Origin: Carcharhinus longimanus
Taxonomy: Eukaryota
DNA length: 64,000 nt
NCBI GenBank assembly: GCA_030264375.1
Contig: JASCQW010000098.1
Span: 57,613,865 to 57,677,864, forward strand
Reading direction: 5' to 3'
The notes beneath the pieces are model-generated. The model was not told the origin of the DNA. It worked only from the letters and a program-made list of their open reading frames with translations, and did not search any database. The stretch's first letter is position 1. Each line of letters opens with the position of its first letter. Position numbers and translations under genes: made by a program. This document shows, in pieces, positions 1 through 10,725 of the stretch.

Positions 1-340
1 GCACAGTAGCACAGTGGTTAGCACTGCTGCTTCACAGCTCCAGGGACCTGGGTTCAATTCCCGGCTTGGGTCACTGTCTTTGTGGAGTTTGCACGTTCTC
101 CTCGTGTCTGCGTGGGTCTCCTCCAGGTGCTCTGGTTTCCTCCCACAGTCCAAAGACATGTGGGTTAGGTTGATTGGACATGCTAAATTGCCCCTTAGTG
201 TCCTGAGAGGTGTAGGTTAGAGAGGTTAGTGGGTAAATATGTAGGGATATGGGGTAGGGCCATTGTGGTCGGTGCAGACTTGATGGCTGAAACGCCTCCT
301 TCTGCAGTATAGGGTTTCTGTGATTCTATGATTTCTATGA
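1..340 (+). mobile_element. HE1-type tRNA-derived V-SINE with CR1/HER1-like tail
   Basis: A box (cacagtggttagc), B box (gggttcaattcc), V core (gtggagtttgcacgttctcc...ggtttcctcccacagtcc), tail cctccttctgcag...gattctatg. Confidence 0.9.
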
Positions 341-1549
341 AAAACTAACCCTCACCCCCATCCAAAACTGGGTCTGCAGCAACACTTATGCCCTTTTGTA
401 ATACTCGAAAGAGATCCAGATCTTAAAAACTGAAAGAGACACTACTTGCTCAAAAAATAAGAAATGTTTCTTCGAATTAAGGTTCTATTATTTGAATGGT
501 CCATTGGATGCATCTAAAGAGCTCCCTAGGGGTTATAAAAATCCTCAGCCATTTATGTAAAGAAGGAAAAAGCAAAGCAATATGCAAGTCAGATGGAAAG
601 TCGTGAGTAGGAATAAGCTACCTGAACAAAGAAGCACATTTCCTCTGATCAGGTATTCTTGCAGCATGGAACACACAAAATCAGTCATTCAGACCACAGC
701 TCCCAAGAATGAGGGCTTGAAAAAGTCAAGACTATAAATAGAAAGTTTCTTGTTTAGATATACCTCTTGTCCATCTGCGTTTAAATGTTTCCACTTCTTT
801 AGGTTTCCCTCCCTGAGACAGTCAGGTGCCTAATTCACGTACCATCAGATAGAATCCCAATGAAGTGCCCCAAAACAGCTAGGGTGATTTGTATGCTCTG
901 CTTTCTTCCTTCTCGGTGGAAGCCAGCGACTTTTCTAATGTTGCCTGATCCTGACAGCAGACTGAAAGTTGGAAACTATGGTGAATGGATTAATGGATAC
1001 CAATCATCTGTATTTCTAGGGCACTGCAGATGAGTACCTCCACCAACCACCACTGTCACCATTTGTATGCTTGACAATTCCTATCTGCCTATCAACTTTC
1101 CCAAATTTGTCAATCTCCCTTGGGACATAAAACTCTTGTGCCATAATAACCCAGGATTGTAACTCATCCCTGTCCCTTGTATGTACTGGAATGGTAACCC
1201 TAGGCAGTTTTTTTAATCTTGTTGTTGAAGGTTAAGAAAATATAAAAGGTTGCTATGGAAATGGGTTCACCCCAGTATTCATAAAGTTACTAAACTACAG
1301 GTCCTACAGTTTTAATAGAGGACTGGTAATGATTGCTTTAAAAATTACTTTCCATCAGTGTCTGGGGGAAGATTTACAAATCCCACAGATGGGCAATGAG
1401 TGAACTGAGAAAAGAAAGGGCTAGAAAGAAAGCAAAACTAAAGCAGAGAGAGAGAGAGAGAAAAAAAATGCCTTGGTGTCATTTTAGTCCATATAAATTA
1501 CAATGTGCATCAGTAAAATCATTTTCATCATTGTCACTATCTCAGAGCA

Positions 1550-1990
1550 GTTGACAGAGAAAGCAAACATCAAAGTGGAGTTAGATCAGAAGACTAAAAA
1601 TATCATCAAAGAGATGTGTTTTAAGAAGGCTTTTGAGGATTAGAGCATAAGCTGAATGAAGTTGTATGGTGAGGAAGGTCCAGAGGTAAAAGTCAAGAAA
1701 ACTGAAGGCTGTGCTTCGACGGAGAAGGGGGCACAAAGGAGGCCAGAGCTGGCGTGCAAGAGGGCACAAGCTGGAAATTATTGCTGTATTAGGTAGCAGA
1801 TGAAAGTAGGTGAGACCGCAGAGAGATTTCTACAGGGGGGGTGGGGGGTTTAAGTTCGTTGTGCAAAAGGCAGGAAACCAATGAAGCTGTGCAGAAATAG
1901 CTGGTAACCAAGCTTTGTCTTCTGACAGAAACATGCAGCTGAATCTTAGAGTACAGGAGGAACTCATACAGCCTATTATACCTATTCCAG
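1550..1990 (-). mobile_element. Degenerate L2 LINE 3' fragment
   Basis: Motif catcaaagagatgtgttttaagaaggctttt, similar to the L2 3' fragments at 29995 and 62470. Confidence 0.5.
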
Positions 1991-2129
1991 ACCATTGAAA
2001 AAGTTATTCAGTTAGTCCCAGTCCGCTGACCCCTGTTTTGCACAGCTCATATATGTATTTAATTCCCTTCAGAAACGTTTTCAGATTATTACAGCTTGCT
2101 TCATTTAAAAAAATCCCCCTCCACCCTGG

Positions 2130-2435
2130 GTTCTTTATCCAACGGCTTAAATTGGTTTCTTGGGTTATTGGGCCCTTTGTGCCAGCCACCAAACATTTTC
2201 TTCCTATTCCCTGTATCAAAACCATTTATAATTTTGAGTATTAATCAAATCTCCTCCTAACTTTCTCAGCTCTGAAGATGACCCAGTTACTCCAGCCACT
2301 GCACCTAACTGAAGTCTCGCTCCCCTGGTGCCAATCTAAGGAAATCTCCTCTGCACCCTTGATGCCCTTCATAAGTGTGGTGCCCAGAATTGGAAATAGT
2401 AGTGTAGCTGCGGCTTAACCAGTGATTTAAAAAGA
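2130..2435 (-). mobile_element. CR1 LINE 3' ORF2 fragment
   Basis: aagtgtggtgcccagaattg corresponds to the QFWAPH motif on the minus strand. Confidence 0.7.
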
Positions 2436-2466
2436 TTCAGTATTACCCGTTTCCTTTGTGACCTGT

Positions 2467-3168
2467 GAGGGGGATTCTCTGGCACCGTTCACACAGGCGC
2501 ATATCCCGTTATGGCCACAAACTCTCACGAGAGGGCCATAACATGACTTGCACCAGGGAGAACTCATTTTGAAATTCTTCCTGGCCCCGGCCAGTGATGT
2601 AATTTGGTTTGTGCCCAATGAAGGCACAAACCAAATATAGAGTATCTGTTTTAAGCTGGATTCACCTGGCTCCTGACATTCAGCCACCCACCGCATGGTA
2701 TAATGTGAAGCCAGTGGATATCACTACTGGTTTCCACAAACAGGGGCCAGACTTGATGACCACACCAGGGCATTTGAAGGCTATTGGAGCCCCCGGATGG
2801 TCAGGGATATGGCTGTGCTCTGTGGCACTGCTAAGTTGTCACTTCCAGGGGCGGGCCTGAGGTCTGAAGGGGGCAGGGCCAGAGGGCAGCCTTTGACAAA
2901 TCTATGGGGGTGAGGTCCTGCTAATGTGAAGGGGGGTGGGGGAGTGGCACTGTTAGCTATGTTAAACAGTTGGTGGAGGGAGCTGACGCTGGACATTGAC
3001 AGTAGAGTCTTTCACCTCATTTTGAGATCAGGACACCCTTTAAAAAGGATATCTCAGACACTGAGCGCCTACCCCTCTCCCCCAAGAAAATGACTAAGTG
3101 GGGGAAGATTGTGCCATGTTTCCCGCTGGAGATTTCACTTAGTTATGTTTTTGGTGAATTATGCCCTA
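2467..3168. mobile_element. GC-rich Harbinger-like non-autonomous element (degenerate)
   Basis: Left end ggggattctctggcaccgttcacac resembles the MITE at 62882; right end gaattatgcccta. Confidence 0.4.
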
Positions 3169-3189
3169 CATCTGTTTTTTAAAAAGACT

Positions 3190-3760
3190 TTTTTTGTAGA
3201 AAAACCTTCCAATTTGTAATGCAACCTTCAAAGATGTGGAGACATAAACCTCCAGGTCACCCCAATATTCTGCACTCTGATTATAAATATACCATTTAGT
3301 TTATAAGCCTCTCCTCATTATTCCTTCCAACATTTGTGACTTCACATTTCATTGCATTAACTTTCTGTTGTCGTGTGTCTGCCATTTCGCCAATCTGACT
3401 CATCTCATGAAGTCTGCTATTATTCTCCTCAATACTTATAACATTTTCACGTTTTCTGTCATGTGAAAACCTTTGTTCTTTTACCCAGGTCATTAACATA
3501 TCAAGAAGAACAGTCATCTTCATGCTAATCCCTGGGAGACATTAACCAAAAGCCTGATAAATGTTGATCACTGCTATTTGCTATTTCTCTTAGCCAATTT
3601 TGTAGCCATGCTGCCACTGCCTCTTTAACACATACATTTCAATTGTTCTAAAAAGTTTATTAACCAGCAGTGTATTGAAAGTTTTTTGCAAGTCTATCCA
3701 CAGCAAAATCCATGCTCTACCTTCATCAATCCTCTCATTTATATTGTTGAAGTTTCAATG
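3190..3760 (-). mobile_element. CR1 LINE RT fragment (degenerate)
   Basis: Minus-strand translation ...MADTRQQKVNAMKCEVTNVGRNN is CR1 RT-like. Confidence 0.7.
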
Positions 3761-5024
3761 AAACCAAGGATGTGTGAGCAAAGTCTGTACACAATCAAAG
3801 CATTAAAGGGTTTCAGTGGTGTGGTTAAGGGTGGGTGGTTAGGTAAGGCTGGGAGCAGAAGATTGTTGCTGAAGGTAAATAATGTTAGCAATGGATGTGT
3901 TTTGGGGTTGAAATTCTTCTCGCAACATTAAAGTTATACACATCTGATCAGGCGTGGCAAAGGATGAATTGAGAGACAAGGGCAGCAGAATTTTAGAAAA
4001 AATTGAAATAGGATTGTGTGATATATGTATTATATGTGTTGGGATGTGGACTGCCCCTTTAGGAGTGTGGGTCAGATGACCCCTGGGCTGTTCGCTCTGC
4101 CCAGTGTGGACCTTGTTGGGCAGCCTTCAACCTGACTGTGAATGAGTGCACACTTTCAATGAACACTCCCAGTATTGAAATAATCAAGCCAACCTCATGG
4201 TTCGTTAGTCCACAGGGCCATACCTAATAGATTGCTTCAATTTTCCAGATGTTCAGCTGATCTAACTCATTTGTCACTTAATTTTGGACTAGAGATCTGA
4301 AAAGAAGTGTCCTTGAAATGGAGGGTAATGGTGGAGAAATGGAGCTGGGTTTCATAGGCATTAATTAAGTTCATGTGTATGCCAGTGAATATTATTGAAA
4401 GGTAATATGTAAAAAAAAAATGAAAGGGAAATGGCGAAAGATCAAACATTACAGTACTTCAGAGGTAAGGTGTGAGAGGAGAGGCTAATGCTGGGGAAGA
4501 GGTGGTACATTGAGACAAAAAGTGAAACCATGTGAGGGAATCCTGGAGAAAGAAACCATAGAGCAATGACAACAGAACAGGATGGAATGCTGAGCCATGC
4601 ATGTTATACCGAAATATCAATAAATTCCTTCTCAAATACGCTTATACCATCAATAGCTAATGATTTTACTCAATCACAAAAACAAATTGACTCAATGGCA
4701 GATGTCAATGTGTTCTGTTCTATTGACATCTCTCTCTGAGGTGTAAATGACTAGGCTAGAAGTCCGGGAAGCACCGGAACAAGGTGGGGAAAAAAACACT
4801 GGCCATTAATTAGATCTAAAGAATTAAAGGTTGTTTGACTGTTTATTCTGAAGTTGCAGTTGATAGAAATGAATTACAGTTGTAACAAATGCATCTGTTT
4901 CTGTTGCCTGTTTCACATTTCATATTTGTCCCTATAAATTCTAGAAGTAATCCAGCGTTTGCCTGACATTGGGTTTATTATTTATCTAAGTATTTGTCTA
5001 TAAATTAGAAATGGCTGGCTATTA

Positions 5025-5360
5025 GAGTTCTTCCAATGATTCAGTATTTAACTGTTCTGTGTAGTGTGGTACTGAAAGGTTCTGGAAACTGGTTCAATTT
5101 CTGAATTCTGCTAAAGATAACTTAACCGCACCTCCCTTTGACCTCAGTGCCCCTGATCTAGGATTAAGAAAAATCAGTTGGCACTATTACAATTGTTCAT
5201 TATTCAGTAGTTGCTGCTAGGAGTAAGTTTGTGAAGAAAGGATAAGGCTTGACTATGAGAAGTGAAAGGAGGTCCAAGATGAATCATGAGCTTTGATTAG
5301 CATTCGGGTGACGATATCTGCTCACTGGGTGAGGAAGTCAGCAGGTACACTAGGTCCATT
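5025..5360 (+). mobile_element. Ancient tRNA-headed SINE-like repeat (related copy at about 12440-12630, minus)
   Basis: gtgtggtactga...ctggttcaatttc B-box-like head; cctcagtgcccctg...aaaaatcagtt body is echoed in reverse complement at 12440-12630. Confidence 0.4.
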
Positions 5361-5472
5361 GTTAGTTCCTGTGAAGAACAAGATCAAAGTGATTGTAACT
5401 AAACCAAAACAGTTTTCGCAGCTGCTATTCTTATTATTCCTTTAACAATAGAAATAAAAGTGATAACTACCT

Positions 5473-5549
5473 GTTGGCTCTATTCTCTCCCCACAGATGC
5501 TGTCAGACCTGCTGAGATTTTCCAACATTTTCTGTTTTTGTTTCAGATT
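5473..5549 (+). mobile_element. Penelope-like element terminal repeat fragment
   Basis: ttggctctattctctccccacagatgctgtcagacctgctgagattttcc; same repeat as the end of the GIY-YIG element at 55240 and the copy at 62330. Confidence 0.65.
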
Positions 5550-5789
5550 NNNNNNNNNNNNNNNNNNNNNNNNNNNNNNNNNNNNNNNNNNNNNNNNNNN
5601 NNNNNNNNNNNNNNNNNNNNNNNNNNNNNNNNNNNNNNNNNNNNNNNNNNNNNNNNNNNNNNNNNNNNNNNNNNNNNNNNNNNNNNNNNNNNNNNNNNNN
5701 NNNNNNNNNNNNNNNNNNNNNNNNNNNNNNNNNNNNNNNNNNNNNNNNNNAATTATGAACAACTGGCAGAAGGAATAGGACTCCATTAG

Positions 5790-6640
5790 TCTCAAATGAT
5801 CTGTCTTCACAGCAAAAAGCACCAAAAATATTCCAGACATAATGGAGAACCAGTCTAGTGAAAATGAGGAACTTAAAAGAAATCAGTAAAAATAAGGAAA
5901 TAGTATTAAAGAAATTAATGGGACTAAGTCACAACAAATCCCCTGAATCTGACAACTGCATTCTGGGCTTTTAAAAGAGGAAACTGAAAAGATGGTGGAT
6001 GAATTGGTTTTGAATTTCTACTATTTCTGTGATTCTAGAAGAATTTCCAAGGACCAGAAGGTAGCAAACTCAACCCTGCTACTTAAGGAAGTAGATGAGA
6101 GAAAACAGGGAACTATNNNNNNNNNNAGTTAGTCTAACATCAGTAGTAAACAAAATGCTCAAATCTACTATTAAAGCTATGTTTCACTAGACTGGCACCT
6201 GGACTTAGATTGTCCAGTGAGAATAAATTATATAGTCTAACCCTATAGTGCTTGGAGTTTAGAAAATTGAGAGGTGGTATGATTGAAACATGTAAAATTC
6301 TCATAGGTCCTGAACATGGGAAATGCTGAGAAAGTGTTTCTCCTGGTTGGGGAATCTGGAACATGGGGTTACAGCCTTAGAATAAGTTGTTGACCATGTA
6401 GGACTGAGAATGAAAAGAAATTTCTTCACTCAATGGGCTGTGAACCTTTAGAATTCTCTACCTCCAAGAGCTGGGGATGCTCAGTTATTGAGTGTGTTCA
6501 GGACAGATCTATGAGTACTAAAGGAATTATAGGATATGAGGATAGTGCAGGAGATGGAGTTGAGCTAGAAAAACAATCAGGAATTTTGTTGGAGCAAACT
6601 CATCCAGTCAAATGGACTATCCCAGCTCCTATTTCATTCA
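5790..6640 (+). mobile_element. CR1 LINE fragments (ORF2 and 3' end)
   Basis: aaatcccctgaatctgac (KSPGPD-like), gggaactat, aaatttcttcactcaatgggctgtg (NFFTQR-like) and CR1 tail. Confidence 0.85.
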
Positions 6641-8079
6641 TTTCAGTTGCTGGGCCACAACACCTCACTGTACAACCACAGATATTGTACCTTCTGCAGT
6701 GGCAACACATGCAATGCTATTATTATTATTGGTAAATTTACTATAATGTTTAAGTAACTTTAACTGACAATGAAATGGAAATGTAGTGTTGGTGTGTATT
6801 AGGATTTCCAGAAACGGAATATTCCGGAGTGGATAATATAGTCCTGATAGCATCACTCTGGTTGTGCCTGTCCTTAATAATGCCAGGTCAGTCTATTGGC
6901 ATTCTTGGAAAGTGCTCCCTGAGTAATGCACATAATGTTTTGAAATCAGGGGATTGGAATTAAGGTGAACTTTGCTTTGGGCCAGAAATGTTCAATTACC
7001 AGACTCCTGGAGGTCCAGCACTGAAAGATAGGCCTATTTGTTAAGAAGGGGCACCCAACAATAAAGAGTGAATAGATGAGAAAATAAACAGTGTAAGTGC
7101 CATGGATGGAGATGGTGGAACACAGCCTAACCTTTTGTCCATTGTTTAGAAGTACATGAGAAAGAGATGTTTTGACTTGCACAAGGTTGAAAGATAACTC
7201 TGTGCACTTGCAACAGCATGTTAATTGGTTATCTTGCAACTTTTTTCTTGCTGCTCTCTTTTAACTTGGGGAACCATCATAAGGGAAGCTTTGCTAGCTA
7301 GAAGTGTATGGAACTGTTTTCTTCCTTCCAATGTGCCATATTACAGTGCCCTCTGTTGGCCAATAAATTGGTAAAGTAACAAGTAGCAGCACTGTACATT
7401 GCAACGTTCCTTCAGCTTTATGTTCACGCACGCTCAGAAGGTGATTCCTGTCCTGGATAATTTGGTACAATTTATCTATTCTCATGGAGGAAAAAAATGA
7501 GTGGGAGCTTAAAAGTAATAATGGGTAACATCAGAGGCCTCCACCCTTCTGCATCCCCAAGGTCCAATCTCAATGGTCACGTCCTTTGATACTCATCTTC
7601 ATTCCTGATAAAACCATTGCCTCAGACAAAAACCCCATGATCAGCATTTGCCATGGCTAATTATCTTTTATGAGATTGCTTGCCTCCAAGGGTGATCTTT
7701 TGCCCCTCCAAGCTTCCAATAATAAGTAGTGAAGACCAAGCCACCTATAAAGCGTCAAATGATCACCTTGAGCTTTCTAACATAACTCTCTTCTGGTGAA
7801 AAATGAGGTTGTGATGTATAACTAGATCTACAGAGGGAAAATGTCATTTAGCAAGGCAAACACATGTGGCAAAGAACACTCCCCTGCAAGAAAAGGCTAT
7901 TAATGGCTGTGTGATTAACACCTGTCTAATGACTGAGCCAGACTGATAACATCATTCAACAGGCTGCTGCTCTCGTCATTGTCCTTATCTTCAGCTTTTT
8001 CTCATCTTTCTTCTCCTCGATACTCCATTTTTAGTCCCTTGGAAAAATATGGGTGTGGAAAATATGACAGATAAAATAA

Positions 8080-8142
8080 TGATGTGGGTATGCCGGCGTT
8101 GGACTGGCGTAAACACAGTAAAAAGTCTGACAACACCAGGTT
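8080..8142 (-). mobile_element. Short terminal fragment of Penelope-type repeat family 1
   Basis: gatgtgggtatgccggcgttggactgg...caacaccaggtt matches 9636-9765 and 40430-40738. Confidence 0.7.
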
Positions 8143-8394
8143 TTAGTAATAACAGCAGTGACTGCACTTTTTTAAACAGTTGTAATTAATTGGGTGCTTT
8201 AAAAAATCCCTACGACATCATGAGCTGTTACATAAATGCAACACCTAAACCAAGCAATAAAAATGGCCAGAGTTAAATGAGATAATGCTGCGTTCAAATG
8301 TGATAATCACAGTGAGACAGATAGGTGTTCAAGGTTCATCCCTACTTCAACCAATATAGTGTGAGAAGGTGCTGAATCAACACTGGGGTATCTC

Positions 8395-8717
8395 CATGCA
8401 CAGTGGCTAGCATGGCTGCCTCACAGCATCAGGGACCTGGGTTTGATTCCAGCCTTCGGTGACTGTGTGGAGTTTGCATGTTCTCCCTGTGTCTGCATGA
8501 GTTTCCTCTGGGTGCTCCAGTTTCCTCCCACACTCTTAAGGATGTGCGGGTTAGGTGGATTGACCATGCTAAATCGCCCCTTAGTGTCCCAAGATGTATA
8601 GTTTAGTGGATTAGTGAGGTAAATGCATGAGGTTCCAGGGATAGGGTGGGAAGTGGACTTGGGGTAAGATGTTCTGTCAGCGTTGGTGCAGATCTCTGTA
8701 CTGTAGGGACTCTATGA
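8395..8717 (+). mobile_element. HE1-type V-SINE
   Basis: tRNA head, V core and ctgtagggactctatg tail. Confidence 0.9.
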
Positions 8718-8725
8718 AAGATAAA

Positions 8726-9208
8726 GGATTTGATTTATCATTCACGTGGATTGGGCTGCGGTGAAAAGTATTGTTTCTTGCGCACTATAAAGACAAAACC
8801 TATAAAGACCGTTCGTAGAGTATATAGGGGAGAAGGAAAGGAGAGGGTGCAGAATGTAGTGTTACAGTCATAACTAGGGTGTAGAGAAAGACCAACTTAA
8901 CATGTGGTAGGGCCGTTCCAAAGTCTAATGGTAGCAAGGAAGAAGCTATTCTTGAGTTGGTTGGCACATCACCTCAGCCTTTTGTATCTTTTTCCTGATG
9001 GCAGAAGGTGGAAGAGGGTACGTCTGAGGTATGTGGGATGGCTGCTTTTCTGAGGCAGCAGGAAGTGTAAACATTGCCAATGGATGGGAGGTAGGCTTGC
9101 GAGATGGAATCGGTTGCATTCACAACCCTTTGTCATTTCTTGCGGTCTTGGTTAGAGCAGGAGTCATACCAAGCTGTGATACATCCGGATAGGATGCTTT
9201 CAATGGTT
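8726..9208 (-). mobile_element. Rex1/Babar LINE 3' fragment
   Basis: Minus-strand translation TIESILSGCITAWYDSCSNQDRKK*QRVVNAT is typical of the Rex1 RT C-terminus; (TCAAA)-type tail. Confidence 0.8.
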
Positions 9209-9262
9209 TATCAGAGGGTGGTATTGAACTTGGGAAGTCCCTGTAGTTGCAATGACACTAGT

Positions 9263-9557
9263 GGATAGCACAGTGGTAAGCACTGCTGCCTCAAAGCATC
9301 AGAGACCTGGGTTCGATTCATGGCTTGGGTCATTGTCTGCGCAAAGTCTGCACATTCTCCGTGTCTGCATGGGTTTCATCTGGGTGCTGCGGTTTTCTCC
9401 CACAGTCCGAAAGACATGCTGGTTAGGGTGCATTGGCTGTGCTAAATTCTCCCTCAGTGTACCCGAACAGGCACCTTGGTGTGGCAACTTGGGAATTTTC
9501 ACAATAACTTCATTGCAGTGTTAGTGTAAGTCTACTTGTGACATAATAAATAAACTT
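9263..9557 (+). mobile_element. V-SINE, alternative-tail subfamily
   Basis: Same head and V core as HE1, but tail aaattctccctcagtgtacccgaacaggc...ttcattgcagtgtt...cttgtgacataataaataaa. Confidence 0.88.
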
Positions 9558-9635
9558 ACACTTAGCAATAGCCTGGCTGGGGAGGATGGCACATTGTACA
9601 CCCGTGCTTCTTGCTGTATAGAGGTCATCAAACCA

Positions 9636-9765
9636 TGATGTGGAGATGCCGGCGTTAGACTGGGGTAAGCGCAGTAAGAAGTCTCATGACACCAAGTTAA
9701 AGTTGAGCAGGTTTATTTGGTAGCAAAATCCACTAGCTTTTGGAGCGCTGCTCCTTCGTCAGGTA
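9636..9765 (-). mobile_element. Penelope-type terminal repeat (family 1) carrying a hammerhead motif
   Basis: Reverse complement: AC-CTGACGA-A-GGAGC-AGC-GCTCC-AAAA-GCTA-GTG...ccagtctaacgccggcatctccacatca. Confidence 0.75.
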
Positions 9766-9837
9766 ACCCTAAAAGTTCTATGAAATTAACAAAAGAAACC
9801 CTATTAAAACAGTATTCAAAATGGGAGCTTTAATCCC

Positions 9838-10048
9838 ACTGCTAAATTGCCCCTTTAGTGTCCTAAGATGTGTAGGTTAGGGGAATTAGCAGGGTAAATA
9901 CTGGGGTTATGAGAAACAAGTCTGGGTAGGATTGCCCCTTAATGTCAAGGGGATTGTATGAGGTTATGGGGATAGGGTCTGGGTGGGATTGTTGTCAGTC
10001 CAGACTCAATGAGCCGAATGGCCTCCTGCACTGAAGGGATTCTATTCT
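9838..10048 (+). mobile_element. 5'-truncated HE1 SINE with internal partial duplication
   Basis: attgcccctt..gt...ggttatg occurs twice, followed by the CR1-like tail gccgaatggcctcctgcactg. Confidence 0.8.
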
Positions 10049-10592
10049 GTCAGTTCTCTCATTTATCATCAACCTTCCTCAAACTCGGGTAGCTGATAAC
10101 TTTGTGACTGCTCCTTCCCTCCCACCCAACTGTCCTGAATATGCAAGAATTCTCGCCTCGAGCTGTAAATTCCTAATGATCACGCGCCTTTCAGAAGGTG
10201 GATGGTCAATTGCTGCTTTAGAGCCCAGGGGTAGAGGCCTTAATTTGAGCTGTTTGGATAATAGAGCCAAGGCATTGCTGGCTCGCAGCTATTTTGAGAT
10301 GTAAAAATGGATAATAAGGTGTGACAGTTAACTAGCCCAAAGCCATGGGTGTCAGCTGTTCTGGAGTGCTGCGGGGTGGGGGGGGAAGGAGGAGGAGTGG
10401 AGAGAACCGGAGTTGGGGGGGGTGGGGGGGGGGGGGAGTGGGAGGGGTGGCGAGGTGAGGAACCGGAGTGAGGGGGTAGTGGGAGAGAACGANNNNNNNN
10501 NNNNNNNNNNNNNNNNNNNNNNNNNNNNNNNNNNNNNNNNNNNNNNNNNNNNNNNNNNNNNNNNNNNNNNNNNNNNNNNNNNNNNNNNNNNN

Positions 10593-10725
10593 CTAAACTG
10601 TCTGTGCTTTATATGCTCTGTCTGAGGCCAGAACTCTCCATTCACCTGATGAAGGGACTAACCCCGAAAACTTGTGAGTCTATTATCAAATAAATCGGTT
10701 GGACTAAAACCTGGTGTTGTGAGAT
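10593..10725 (+). mobile_element. Penelope-type terminal repeat (family 1)
   Basis: caaataaatcggttggactaaaacctggtgttgtgaga is homologous to the 9636-9765 and 40430-40738 copies. Confidence 0.7.
10641..10678 (+). ncRNA. Minimal type I hammerhead ribozyme motif (Penelope-associated), catalytic core intact
   Basis: TTCAC-CTGATGA-A-GGG(ACTAAC)CCC-GAAA-AC-TT-GTGAG; helix I TTCAC/GTGAG, helix II GGG/CCC. Confidence 0.65.

Noticed and set aside
14-220. Recurrent MVSTAAS...GFLPQ ORFs as a small protein family
   Set aside because: They are translations of V-SINE copies.
4015-4214. Possible solo LTR (TGTG...CACA)
   Set aside because: No TSD and no second copy; support too weak.
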